A stretch of 64,000 nt of DNA from an uncultured Alphaproteobacteria bacterium (GTDB lineage Bacteria > Pseudomonadota > Alphaproteobacteria > Rhizobiales > Beijerinckiaceae). The notes below the pieces were generated by a model. It was not told the DNA's origin, did not search any database, and saw nothing but the letters and a program-made list of their open reading frames with translations. Where the stretch lies: positions 9,517-73,516 of the forward strand of contig CAWGBJ010000014.1 in the NCBI GenBank assembly GCA_963820795.1, given 5' to 3'. Below are positions 42,565 to 52,024 of this stretch, in pieces; the first letter of the stretch is position 1; every line of letters begins with the position of its first letter. Position numbers and translations under genes: made by a program.

Positions 42565-44076
42565 GTGACGAGAACAGAAGCCGATCGTTGCGCCGCCGCG
42601 ATGATCGCGGGATTTCTCGTCGCCCGGCTCGTCTTTGCGTCCCTGCTCGGCCCGGGAATCGACGAGAGCTACACGATCGCGATCTCGCGAACCCTCAGCC
42701 TGTCGTACTTCGACCACCCGCCGTTGCACCAGTGGATGGCGCATTTCGCGGCGCTTGCCCTCGGCGAGGGGTCTGCGACCCGATTGCCGTTCATCCTCCT
42801 GTTCGCCGCGACCGGCTGGATCTATTACCGCCTCAGCTGCCATCTCTTCGGCGGCCGCGCGGCGATCGTGGCGTTGTTCGCACTGAACGTCACGCCGTTC
42901 TTCTTCGCCTCCGCCGGCAGCTGGGTGGTGCCCGACGGCCCCCTGCTATTTGGCCTGGCGCTAGCCGCCTCGGCGGCGGCGCGAATCTTTTTCCCGGCGC
43001 CGAACGACAGAAGCCGAGCCTGGCTGCTCTGGCTTCTCGTCGGGTTCGGCTTTGGCCTCGCCGGGCTTTCGAAATACAGCGCCGCGCTCTGCGCCGCGGG
43101 CCTCGCGGCGTTCGTCGTTCTTGCGCCCCGACAACGGCATTGGCTCCGACATCCCGCGCCCTATGCGGCGGCCGCTCTGGCGCTGGCGATGATCGCGCCG
43201 GTCGTCGTGTGGAACTCTGAACACGGCTGGGCGTCGTTTGCGTTTCAGGGTTCGCGCGGAGTGTCCGGAGGGGGTCTGAAGCCGGTCCAACTCATCGCGA
43301 TGGCGCTCGGCGAGATCGCCTATCTGTCGCCCTGGGTTTTCGTTCCCCTGGCGGCCGGCGTCATCTGGGCGTGGCGCCGTCGGCACGACGAGCGCAACCT
43401 CTTCCTGCTCTGCCTCGCCCTGCCGCCGATCGTCGTCTTCACGATCACGCCGCTCTGGGGCGCGCGCGGCTTCCCGCACTGGACGACGCCGGGATGGTTC
43501 TTCGCCTTCGCTCTCATGGGCGCCTGGATCGATCAGAAGGCTTTCGCCGCCCGGACGTTGCGTCGCTCAGCCTTCGTCTCCGCCGGTCTTCTCGCGGCGA
43601 TCGTCGCCGTCGTCGTCATCCAGACTTCGACGGGCTGGCCGTTGCGCCTGATGCGCTTGCGGCCCGGGGTCGCCGATCCGACTCTCGAGGCGTTCGGCTG
43701 GCGAGCGTTGCGCGCCGCCCCTGCCCTCAACCCCGCGCCCGCTTTTGTCGTCGCGGTCAATTGGCGGGATGCTGGCAAAATCGCCTTGGCGCTCGGTCCA
43801 GAGACGCCGGTCTTTGTCATTTCCAACGATCCGAGGGGATGGGCCTTCGTCAAGGGCGGCGAACGATTCCTCGGCCGCGACGGCGTTCTGGCGGCGCGCG
43901 CGGCCGACCTGCCGTTCGCACTCGATGCGGCGCGGCTCGACTTCCGGCAGGTCGGCAAGCCGCAGTCTTACACGTTGACGCGCAACGGCGCTGCCGCCGT
44001 CGCGCTCGCGCTCGTTCCGGCCCAGGGCTTGACCCGCAGCCTTCCGTTACCCTATCCGAGCGCCCTCGGCAGGTGA
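42565..44076 (+). CDS. glycosyltransferase family 39 (ArnT/PMT-like, polyprenyl-phosphate-sugar dependent) membrane protein
   Basis: GTG start 12 nt after the previous stop. About 10 TM helices. N-terminal loop GIDESYTIAISR...YFDHPPLHQW (DE/acidic motif in the first periplasmic loop) is typical of the GT-C ArnT/PMT_2 family. Confidence 0.8.
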   Translation: MTRTEADRCAAAMIAGFLVARLVFASLLGPGIDESYTIAISRTLSLSYFDHPPLHQWMAHFAALALGEGSATRLPFILLFAATGWIYYRLSCHLFGGRAAIVALFALNVTPFFFASAGSWVVPDGPLLFGLALAASAAARIFFPAPNDRSRAWLLWLLVGFGFGLAGLSKYSAALCAAGLAAFVVLAPRQRHWLRHPAPYAAAALALAMIAPVVVWNSEHGWASFAFQGSRGVSGGGLKPVQLIAMALGEIAYLSPWVFVPLAAGVIWAWRRRHDERNLFLLCLALPPIVVFTITPLWGARGFPHWTTPGWFFAFALMGAWIDQKAFAARTLRRSAFVSAGLLAAIVAVVVIQTSTGWPLRLMRLRPGVADPTLEAFGWRALRAAPALNPAPAFVVAVNWRDAGKIALALGPETPVFVISNDPRGWAFVKGGERFLGRDGVLAARAADLPFALDAARLDFRQVGKPQSYTLTRNGAAAVALALVPAQGLTRSLPLPYPSALGR

Positions 44077-44082
44077 CGTCGT

Positions 44083-45228
44083 TTGACATCCTATGAGACA
44101 AGCATAGCCGCAGCCGTCGGGCCGAGGCCGAACTTGAGCCCGACTCTTTCGGTCGTCGTACCGACCTACCGGGAAGCCGCCAACGTTCCAGTGCTGTTCG
44201 AGCGCGTCGAGGCGGCGCTGCGCGGCGTGCCGTGGGAGATGATCGTCGTCGACGACGACTCCCCCGACGGGACGTCCGACGTCGCCTTTGCGCTCGCCGC
44301 GTCTGACAGACGCATGCGATGCGTCAGACGAGTCAACCGCTCGGGCCTCGCCGGCGCAGTGATCGAAGGCTGGCTCTCGTCCAGCGCCGATCTCGTCGCG
44401 GTGATCGACGGCGACCTCCAGCACGACGAGGCCATCCTGGCGAAGATGTACCGGGCGCTCGCCGCGGACGAGGGCAATCTGGCGATCGGAACCCGCGCGG
44501 CGGATGGCAAGAAAAGTGGCCTTTCGCCGGCCAGGCAAGCGCTGAGCGATCTCGGCGCCTGGTTCTTCCGACGGATCGCCGGAGCGGCGGTCGCCGATCC
44601 GATGAGCGGCTTCTTCATGATACGCCGCGAGATCGTCGCCGGGCTCGCGCCCCGGCTGTCGCCGGACGGCTTCAAGATCCTGGTCGACGTCATCCTATCC
44701 GGCGGCAGGGAACTGAAGATCGTCGAAGTCCCTTATCTTTTTCGCCCGCGGCTCGCGGGCGAGTCGAAATTGACCCCGCTCGTCGCCGTCGATTTCCTGG
44801 GACTCGTCGCCCATCACGCCAGCGGCGGTCTCGTGCCGACCCGCTTTGCGCTGTTCGCGATCGTCGGCGCGATCGGACTGGTCGTCCACGTGCTCGCGCT
44901 CTCGGCGTTTCGTCACTGGATCCCCAAGGCGGACTTCGATTCGGGTCAGATCGTCGCCACGCTGGCGGCGATGGCGAGCAATTTCCTCCTCAACAACGAG
45001 ATCACCTATCGCACCTACCGGTATCGCGGTCCGAACATGATTCTGGGGTTCGCCGGATTTGCGCTGGGATGCAGCGTCGGCGCGCTCGCCAATATCGACA
45101 TCGCCTCTTGGGTCTACCGAGCGAACCAGAGATGGTGGATTGCGGGACTCGCCGGCGCGCTGCTCAGCGTCGTGTGGAACTACGCCGTCAGCACCAACCT
45201 CGTCTGGCGCCCCGGCCGCCGACGCTAG
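44083..45228 (+). CDS. GT2 polyprenol-phosphate glycosyltransferase (DPM1/ArnC-like) fused to a C-terminal GtrA-like membrane domain
   Basis: LSVVVPTYREAANV, VVDDDSPDGT, IDGDLQHDE (DxD), then 4 TM helices (FAIVGAIGLVVHVLAL ... NYAVSTNLVW) characteristic of GtrA. Confidence 0.85.
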   Translation: MTSYETSIAAAVGPRPNLSPTLSVVVPTYREAANVPVLFERVEAALRGVPWEMIVVDDDSPDGTSDVAFALAASDRRMRCVRRVNRSGLAGAVIEGWLSSSADLVAVIDGDLQHDEAILAKMYRALAADEGNLAIGTRAADGKKSGLSPARQALSDLGAWFFRRIAGAAVADPMSGFFMIRREIVAGLAPRLSPDGFKILVDVILSGGRELKIVEVPYLFRPRLAGESKLTPLVAVDFLGLVAHHASGGLVPTRFALFAIVGAIGLVVHVLALSAFRHWIPKADFDSGQIVATLAAMASNFLLNNEITYRTYRYRGPNMILGFAGFALGCSVGALANIDIASWVYRANQRWWIAGLAGALLSVVWNYAVSTNLVWRPGRRR

Positions 45229-45240
45229 CCGGGTCCCCCG

Positions 45241-45894
45241 ATGCTGGCCCTCGCGTTCGACTCTTTCGCTGAGATCTTTTCGCCGCCCTTCCGCCGCGTG
45301 ATGTGGCAGTCGCTCGGCCTCACCACCGCAATCCTCCTTCTCGCCGGCATCGGCCTCGACCGTCTGGCCTTGTCGCTTGTCCATGTCGGACCGACGTGGC
45401 TCAATGCGATGCTGTCGGCCGCCGTCGCTCTCGGCCTCGTTGTCGGCATGCTGTTTCTCGCCGCGCCGACCGCCTCGCTCGTCGCCAGCTTCTTTCTCGA
45501 CGATATCGCGGCGATCGTCGAGCGCCAGATCGATCCGTTGGCGCTGCCCGGACGGCCGCTGCCTCTGGTCCGCTCGCTGGCGATCGGTCTGCGCTTCGCC
45601 GTCCTGTCGCTGCTCGTCAATATCGTGGTCCTGGCGCTGACCCTCTTCACCGGCGTTGGACTGCTCTCGTTCTTCGTCCTGAACGGCTATCTGCTCGGGC
45701 GCGAATATTTCGAGTTGGCCGCGATGCGCCATCTGCCGCCCTGGCAAGCAATCGCGTTGCGCCGGCGGCGCATGGGAGACGTCTATCTGGCCGGCCTGAT
45801 CATTTCCGGCTTCGTCGCCATTCCCGTTCTCAATCTCCTGACGCCGCTCTTCGCCACCGCCCTGATGACACGTCTCTACAAACGCCTGGGCTGA
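45241..45894 (+). CDS. EI24/CysZ-like membrane protein
   Basis: 217 aa and 4-5 TM helices. N-terminal SFAEIFSPPFRRVMWQSLGLT resembles the EI24 (DUF540) family. Last gene of the tightly spaced four-gene operon. The family call is from recollection. Confidence 0.6.
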   Translation: MLALAFDSFAEIFSPPFRRVMWQSLGLTTAILLLAGIGLDRLALSLVHVGPTWLNAMLSAAVALGLVVGMLFLAAPTASLVASFFLDDIAAIVERQIDPLALPGRPLPLVRSLAIGLRFAVLSLLVNIVVLALTLFTGVGLLSFFVLNGYLLGREYFELAAMRHLPPWQAIALRRRRMGDVYLAGLIISGFVAIPVLNLLTPLFATALMTRLYKRLG

Positions 45895-46024
45895 GCCCGA
45901 AAAGCGGCGCAAAGCCTCGCGCCGCTGCCCGGTTCGCCGGCATGCCGGCCATTGCCAACGGGTCCGAGTTGCGTTTATGTGCCGCCGCGGGACGCTCGAG
46001 CGGGCGCGGGGAGGAAAGCAGCGA

Positions 46025-46798
46025 ATGGAGCCGGCGGCGCCCGACTTCGCCTCGATCGTGCGTCTCGAGGGCGTGCAGAAATATTTCGGCGCCGTGCATG
46101 CGTTGCGCGACATCGATCTCATGATCGGGCGCAACGAGATCGTCGGACTGATCGGCGACAACGGCGCCGGCAAGTCGACCCTGATCAAGGTCATGACCGG
46201 CGTGCTCGCGCCGACCGCCGGCAGGATTTTCATCCGCGACCGCGAGATCCAACCGGGCGAATATTCCGTGCGGATGGCGCACGATCTCTCGATCGAAACC
46301 GTCTACCAGGACAAGTCGCTGGCGGAGAAGCAGCCGCTGTGGCGGAACTTCTTCGTCGGCCGGCAGATCGCCAACCGTTTTGGCTTCATCGACATCAAGC
46401 GCGAGAAAGAGGTCGCGCAGCAGATCCTGCTCGACGTCATCGGCTTCAGGGGGGTCGGCATCACGGTCGACTCGACCGTCGCCAACCTGTCGGGCGGCGA
46501 GCGCCAGGGCATCGCAATCGGCAGGGCGATGCATTACAACGCCGACCTCATCGTGCTCGACGAGCCGACGGCGGCGCTCGGCGTCGCTGAGGTGCGTAAG
46601 GTGGTCGATTTCGTCCGCCGGATCAAGACGTCCGGCCGCGCCTGCATCTACATCGAGCATAATCTGGCGCATGTGCATGAGGTCGCGGAGCGGCTGGTCG
46701 TGCTCGACCGGGGTCAGATCGTGACCGAGATCAGCCCGAAGGCAATGACGGTGCCCGAACTGACGGAGTACCTGATCGACATTCAGCATAAGGCCTGA
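46025..46798 (+). CDS. sugar ABC transporter ATP-binding protein (single-NBD, CUT2/FrcA-like)
   Basis: ATG at 46025 is preceded by GGAGG. Walker A GDNGAGKST, signature LSGGERQGIAIGRA, Walker B LIVLDEPTAALG. Confidence 0.9.
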   Translation: MEPAAPDFASIVRLEGVQKYFGAVHALRDIDLMIGRNEIVGLIGDNGAGKSTLIKVMTGVLAPTAGRIFIRDREIQPGEYSVRMAHDLSIETVYQDKSLAEKQPLWRNFFVGRQIANRFGFIDIKREKEVAQQILLDVIGFRGVGITVDSTVANLSGGERQGIAIGRAMHYNADLIVLDEPTAALGVAEVRKVVDFVRRIKTSGRACIYIEHNLAHVHEVAERLVVLDRGQIVTEISPKAMTVPELTEYLIDIQHKA

Positions 46799-46813
46799 GG
46801 GGGCTTGAACGAG

Positions 46814-47872
46814 ATGGCTCAGCGCTCAGGGGCGTCGATCGTGCAGCGCTTCGAGGCCCTTCCGATCATCCTGGTCTTCATCCTCCTGCTCGCGCTCTTT
46901 ATGTATACGGCGCCGGAGGTCTTCCTCGCCCCCTACATCTACACAACATTCCTGTCGACGCTGCCGCCGCTGATCCTTCTTGCCGTCGGCCTCACCTTTG
47001 TTATCGGGGCTGGCGAGATCGATCTCAGCTTTCCCTCGATCATCTCCTTTTCCGGTTTCGTTTTCGCCGTCCTGTTCAAGGAATACGGGTTCGGCTGGTT
47101 CGCGGTCATCGCCGGCCTGGCGTCGGGCGTGCTCGTCGGCTTCGTCAACGGGCTCATCATCGCCAAGATCGGCATCCCCTCGTTCATGACAACGCTGGCG
47201 ACGCAATTCTTCTGGGCGGGCATGGCGACCGTGCTCTCCGGCGGCAAGTCCTATGCGCTGCGCGGGGCGGAGGAGAGCTCGGTCTGGCAATGGATCGTCG
47301 GGCGCCCGTTCGCCGGCCACACCAGCATCGTCTGGCTGCACGAAGCCTCGATCCAGGCGGTCTGGACGGCGATCATCGTCGGCTTCCTCTGGCTCATCCT
47401 GACGCGCCACCGTTTCGGCGAACACACGCTCTTCATCGGCGATTCCAATGACGTCTCGCGCGTCGTCGGCATCGACGTCGACCGCGAGAAGATCAAGATC
47501 TTCACCCTGATGGGCTTTCTCGCCGCCTGCGCCGCGATCCTCTTGACCCTGGAGAACAAGAACTTCTTCGGCAACCAGGGGCAGGGCTATCTATTGACCG
47601 CCATCGCCTCGGTGCTGATCGGCGGCACCTCGATTTTCGGCGGCCGGGCGACCGTCGTCGGAACGGTGTTCGGCTGCTTCATCATCGGCATGATCGAGGC
47701 GGAACTCGTCGCCTCGGGACTCACCGGCGCCTGGGTGAGGACGGTCCAGGGCCTCATTTTCCTCATCGCCATCATCTTCTACATGTATGTCGACGAGCCG
47801 CAAAAGAGGCGGGCGGTCTTCGCCAATTTGCGGACGTTGGGAAGGTTCGGCGGCGCGCGCGCCGCAGAATAG
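46814..47872 (+). CDS. sugar ABC transporter permease (CUT2, BPD_transp_2 family)
   Basis: About 10 TM helices. GEIDLSFPS and LIGGTSIFGGRATVVGTVFG motifs are typical of RbsC/FrcC-type permeases. Confidence 0.9.
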   Translation: MAQRSGASIVQRFEALPIILVFILLLALFMYTAPEVFLAPYIYTTFLSTLPPLILLAVGLTFVIGAGEIDLSFPSIISFSGFVFAVLFKEYGFGWFAVIAGLASGVLVGFVNGLIIAKIGIPSFMTTLATQFFWAGMATVLSGGKSYALRGAEESSVWQWIVGRPFAGHTSIVWLHEASIQAVWTAIIVGFLWLILTRHRFGEHTLFIGDSNDVSRVVGIDVDREKIKIFTLMGFLAACAAILLTLENKNFFGNQGQGYLLTAIASVLIGGTSIFGGRATVVGTVFGCFIIGMIEAELVASGLTGAWVRTVQGLIFLIAIIFYMYVDEPQKRRAVFANLRTLGRFGGARAAE

Positions 47873-47918
47873 GGGCTCGCCGAAGGGGCGGTCCAAACCA
47901 TGACAGGGAGAAACGAAC

Positions 47919-48908
47919 ATGCGTCTGGCTAATATTCTTCTCGCCGGGGCGGCCGCAGCCGCGCTCGCGAGCCTGGCGGGTCCGGCTTCGGCCGCCGATC
48001 CAATTGGCAAGGGTCTGGTCATGTACATGCAGATGGGCGGCAACCCCGGCGACGGCGCGACGCTCGCCCGCCAGACCGGCGCCGCGCAGGCCGCGGCCGC
48101 TTTGGGCGTCGAACTGAAGTCGCAGTTTTCGGCATGGGCGCCGGAGACGATGATCTCCCAGTTCAAGGAGGCGCTGGCGGCGAAGCCGGCCTGCATCGAA
48201 ATCATGGGGCACCCCGGCAGCACCGCGTTCCACGATCTCGTCAAACAGGCGGTCGACGAGGGCATCGTCGTCACCGACGGCAACTCGCCGCTGACCGACC
48301 TGCAGAAGGAGTTCGGGCCCAAGGGCTTCGGCTATGCCGGCGTCGATCTCTATGCCGGCGGCGCCCTGACCGCCAACGCCATGCTGGCGCAGGGCCTGAA
48401 GGCCGGCGACCAGGCGATGGTCTATGGCGTGTTCAGCCAGGCCGAGCGCGGACAGTCCGAGAAGGGGCTCGCCGACACGCTCGAGAAGGCGGGGCTCAAG
48501 GTCGACCGGCTGGAGATCACCCAGGAGGTCAACAGCGACACCTCGCTCGGCGTGCCGATCCTCGTTGCCTACATTGAGGCGCATCCCAACCTGAAGGCGA
48601 TCGGGACGCAGCACGGCGGCGTCACCGGGACGATGGAGGAGGTTTTGAAGAAGGCCGGCAAGAAGCCGGGCGACATCATCGTCGGCGGCATCGATCTCGC
48701 CCCGTCCACGATCTCCGGATTGAAGTCGGGCTACATCAGCGCGACGCTCGATCAGCTCTTGTATCTGCAGGGATTCGTGCCCGTCGTGCAGTGCGTGATG
48801 TCCGCCAAATACAAGATGCCGGGCTTGTCGCTCAACACGGGCGCCGGCACCGTTACGCCGAAGTCGATCGACGCGCTCACCAAGCTGATCGACGAGGGGA
48901 TTCGCTGA
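47919..48908 (+). CDS. sugar ABC transporter periplasmic binding protein (Peripla_BP_4 / RbsB-like)
   Basis: Signal peptide MRLANILLAGAAAAALASLAGPASA. Two-lobe PBP type I sequence. Completes the ATPase-permease-SBP operon. Confidence 0.9.
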   Translation: MRLANILLAGAAAAALASLAGPASAADPIGKGLVMYMQMGGNPGDGATLARQTGAAQAAAALGVELKSQFSAWAPETMISQFKEALAAKPACIEIMGHPGSTAFHDLVKQAVDEGIVVTDGNSPLTDLQKEFGPKGFGYAGVDLYAGGALTANAMLAQGLKAGDQAMVYGVFSQAERGQSEKGLADTLEKAGLKVDRLEITQEVNSDTSLGVPILVAYIEAHPNLKAIGTQHGGVTGTMEEVLKKAGKKPGDIIVGGIDLAPSTISGLKSGYISATLDQLLYLQGFVPVVQCVMSAKYKMPGLSLNTGAGTVTPKSIDALTKLIDEGIR

Positions 48909-48925
48909 GGCGTCCAGGCGACGCC
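48909..48925 (+). terminator. short GC hairpin between convergent genes (SBP / sqr)
   Basis: GGCGTC-caggc-GACGCC immediately after the SBP stop. There is no T-run, so this is a weak call. Confidence 0.25.
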
Positions 48926-48962
48926 AGAAAGACATCGGCGGGAGCTGCGGCGGGAAAGCCCG

Positions 48963-50246
48963 TCAGTCGGCTCTCGCCGCCTTCAGCTTTTCAATGCCGA
49001 GCAGGTTGAGGGCGACCGATTCGTAGAATGGCTCGCTCTCGCCTTTGCGCATCTTGCGCAGGAAATATTTCTCGAAGCCGATCTTGGCGGCATGCACCCA
49101 TTTGCCTGACGAGGACCAGTTGACATTGCGCGGCGGGATCTGCGGCTGAGCGACAAAGGCGATGCCCGAATCGCCGAAGTCGGCGAGGCATACGGCGTTC
49201 AGGCTGCCCTCAAAGGACGGCTTGCCGCCGCGCAGCATCTGGCCGACGTTGCGGGCCGTCGCGGTCACCATCGATTCGATCATGAAGCCCGTCTTCGGCA
49301 CCCCGCACGGCACCGGCGTCGGGCCGACCGGCGGGATCGCAATGCACACGCCGACGGAGAAGATGTTGGGAAACGCCGGGTTTTGCTGATGCTTGTCGAC
49401 GATGACGAAGCCGCGCGGATTGACGAGGCCCTCGATGCCGCGCAACGGCCTGATGCCGCGGAACGCCGGCAGGATCATTGAGAAGCCGAACGGCAGTTCG
49501 CGCGTCGCCTTCACGGCGCCGTCGTCGCCGACCTCTTCGACCGTCATTTTGCCCGGCTCGACCTTGCTGATGCGTGCGCTAGTGATCCATTTGACGTGAC
49601 GGTCGCGCAGCTCGCTTTCGAGGAGCCCCTTCGTGTCGCCGACACCGTCGAGGCCGAGATGGCCGATGTACGGTTCCGCGGTGACAAAGGTCATCGGCAC
49701 CCGATCGCGGAGCTTGCGGCGCCGCAGTTCCGTCTCGAGGATGAACGCGAACTCGTAAGCAGGGCCGAAACACGAGGCGCCCTGGGCCGCGCCGATCACG
49801 ACCGGACCGGGATTCCGGCAGAAGGCCTCGAACGTCTCCGCCGCCTTCTCGGCATGGTCGATATGGCAGATTGAGGCGGTGAACCCGTCCGGTCCGAGAC
49901 CTTCGACCTCGTCGAACGCAAGCTCGGGGCCGGTCGCGATGATCAAGTAGTCGTAGGGGAGCGAGGAGCCGTCCGCCAATCCGATGGTGTTGTCTTTCGG
50001 CGCGATTTTGGCGATCGGGTTCGCCTTGAAGGCGATGCCCCGTTTGGCGAAGGCCGGCGCGAGATCGACCTCGACCGCCTCGCGCTTCCGCCAACCGACA
50101 GGGATCCATGGGTTCGAAGGAACGAAATGATAAAGCGGATCTTTCGTGACGACAGTCAACCTGTCTTCGCGCCGCATCTGCTCCTTCATCTCATAGGCCA
50201 TAAGCGCGCCGCTCAGGCCGGCGCCCACAATCACGATCTCAGCCAC
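48963..50246 (-). CDS. sqr: sulfide:quinone oxidoreductase, type I
   Basis: GTG start with GGAGGAG upstream. IVIVGAGLSGALMAYEM (FAD fold), FVPSNPW, redox cysteines in GASCFGPAYE and NAVCLADFG, C-terminal amphipathic tail WVHAAKIGFEKYFLRKM. Collinear along its length with my recollection of the Acidithiobacillus ferrooxidans SQR. Confidence 0.9.
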   Translation of the reverse strand: MAEIVIVGAGLSGALMAYEMKEQMRREDRLTVVTKDPLYHFVPSNPWIPVGWRKREAVEVDLAPAFAKRGIAFKANPIAKIAPKDNTIGLADGSSLPYDYLIIATGPELAFDEVEGLGPDGFTASICHIDHAEKAAETFEAFCRNPGPVVIGAAQGASCFGPAYEFAFILETELRRRKLRDRVPMTFVTAEPYIGHLGLDGVGDTKGLLESELRDRHVKWITSARISKVEPGKMTVEEVGDDGAVKATRELPFGFSMILPAFRGIRPLRGIEGLVNPRGFVIVDKHQQNPAFPNIFSVGVCIAIPPVGPTPVPCGVPKTGFMIESMVTATARNVGQMLRGGKPSFEGSLNAVCLADFGDSGIAFVAQPQIPPRNVNWSSSGKWVHAAKIGFEKYFLRKMRKGESEPFYESVALNLLGIEKLKAARAD

Positions 50247-50261
50247 CTCGTCTCCTCCGCT

Positions 50262-50275
50262 TTGTATTCATACAA
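50262..50275. promoter_or_regulatory. perfect 6-2-6 palindrome TTGTAT-TC-ATACAA in the sqr 5' region (candidate operator), with a -35-like TTGACT (complement of 50300-50305) upstream
   Basis: The minus strand reads ...TTGACTccctccaaacatgcaTATATTcgaTTGTATGAATACAAagcGGAGGAGacgagGTG. It is an AT-rich island in an otherwise GC-rich 141-bp spacer between cysG and sqr. Confidence 0.4.
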
Positions 50276-50387
50276 TCGAATATATGCATGTTTGGAGGGA
50301 GTCAATTGGCTGCGCGAATATGCCGCGGCGAGCCTTCTTTTCACGATTCGCCGTGGCTCCAGCTCTCGAGCCGCGTGGCGACAGCTT

Positions 50388-51860
50388 TTACGCCAATGTG
50401 CTGGAGCGCGACACAGGAAGCTGCCAGTTGAGCTTCTCATGCAGCCGAACCACCGTCCCGACAATGACGATTGAGGGGCCTGTCACGCCGGCGGCGCGCG
50501 CTTCGGCCGCGAGCGTGCCGAGCGTGCCGACGACGATCCGCTGATTGTCGCGCGTCGCATTTTCGACGATCGCCGCAGGAAGGTCCGCGCGCGCGCCGCG
50601 CGCGACGAACTCGGCCGTCAGCGGCTCCAGATTGCGCAGTCCCATATAGACTGCGACGGTCTGACGCGGCTGAATAAGCGCCGTCCAGTCGAGGTCGATT
50701 CGGCCGTCCTTGCCGTGCCCCGTGACAAAAACGCAGGCTTGCGCATGGTCTCGGTGCGTCAGCGGAATGCCGGCGTACGCCGACGCGCCGATCGCCGCCG
50801 TGATGCCTGGGCAGACCTGGAACGGGATTTCGTTTTCCGCCAGCTTCTCGATCTCTTCACCGCCGCGTCCGAACACAAACGGATCGCCGCCCTTCAGACG
50901 AAGCACGCGCTTGCCCTGTCGTGCGAGTTTGACAAGCAGCGCGCTGATTTCTTCCTGCGGCAGTTCGTGGTCGTCAGGCCGCTTGCCGACATAGATCCGC
51001 TCGGCCTCGCGCCGCACGAGATTCATCGCCCGGTCGTCGGTAAGCCGGTCGTACAGCACCACGTCCGCCTTCTGCATGAGCCTCAGGGCGCGAAAGGTCA
51101 AAAGGTCGGGATCGCCCGGTCCGGCTCCGACCAAATAGACTTCACCTTGCGGCATCGCGGCCTCCGCCGCCACGCTTTCGAGCGTGCGAGCGAGATCGGC
51201 TTCGGCGGCGCTCTCGTTTCCCGCCAGCGCCGCCTCGGCGATCGGGCCTTCGATGACGGCCTCCCAGAAGCGGCGTCGCATCGTCGACGAGGGGATCGCC
51301 TCAGCGACTCGCGCGCGAAAGGCGCCCATCAGATCGGCAAGTCTCCCGTACGCCGCCGGAATCAGCGTCTCGAGCCGCGCCTTCAACATGCGCCCGAGGA
51401 TGGGCGAAGCCCCGCCCGTCGAGATGGCGATCACAAGCGGGCTGCGATCGATGATCGCGGGCATGATGAAGTCGCACAGTTCCGGCCGGTCGGCCACGTT
51501 GACCAGCACCCCTGCGCTCTTCGCTGCAGCGCGTGCAGCCTGCATCAACCGTTCGTCGTCGGAGGCGATGAAGCACAGCGCGCAGCCGCGAAAGTCCTCT
51601 ATCTCAGGATTCCGGGCCACATGGTGAAAATCAGGCTCGGACCGAAGCTCGTGGAACTCGTCGCTGAGTTCGGGTGCGAAAGCGGTCACTCGGGCGCCCG
51701 AACGGACGAGCAATTCCGCGCGGCGCGCGGCGACCAACCCGCCGCCGACCACGACGGCCGGTCTATCGCGCATCGCAACGAAGATCGGCACATCGCCATG
51801 GGCGCCGTTTGCCGTCGGTTTTGCTCTCGGCCGTGAGTTCATGGCGCCGCTTCTGGCCAC
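50388..51860 (-). CDS. cysG: siroheme synthase (precorrin-2 dehydrogenase / sirohydrochlorin ferrochelatase + uroporphyrinogen-III C-methyltransferase)
   Basis: N-terminal Rossmann VVVGGGLVAARRAELL. C-terminal SUMT domain with VYLVGAGPGDPDLLT and RLKGGDPFVFGRGGEE. Confidence 0.93.
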   Translation of the reverse strand: MARSGAMNSRPRAKPTANGAHGDVPIFVAMRDRPAVVVGGGLVAARRAELLVRSGARVTAFAPELSDEFHELRSEPDFHHVARNPEIEDFRGCALCFIASDDERLMQAARAAAKSAGVLVNVADRPELCDFIMPAIIDRSPLVIAISTGGASPILGRMLKARLETLIPAAYGRLADLMGAFRARVAEAIPSSTMRRRFWEAVIEGPIAEAALAGNESAAEADLARTLESVAAEAAMPQGEVYLVGAGPGDPDLLTFRALRLMQKADVVLYDRLTDDRAMNLVRREAERIYVGKRPDDHELPQEEISALLVKLARQGKRVLRLKGGDPFVFGRGGEEIEKLAENEIPFQVCPGITAAIGASAYAGIPLTHRDHAQACVFVTGHGKDGRIDLDWTALIQPRQTVAVYMGLRNLEPLTAEFVARGARADLPAAIVENATRDNQRIVVGTLGTLAAEARAAGVTGPSIVIVGTVVRLHEKLNWQLPVSRSSTLA

Positions 51861-52024
51861 GGAGAAATGACGAGCATAGCACGGCCAGAAAGAGCCTGCT
51901 TAAGCCCAAGCCATAGCGGCGCTGCCTTGTCCTTCCCTTCGAGGGGAATGCACTGACTTGACAGACTGACCGCGGACCTCAAGCTTCGCGCTTACACGGG
52001 CTCAAGAACAAGGGCGGAGACCGA

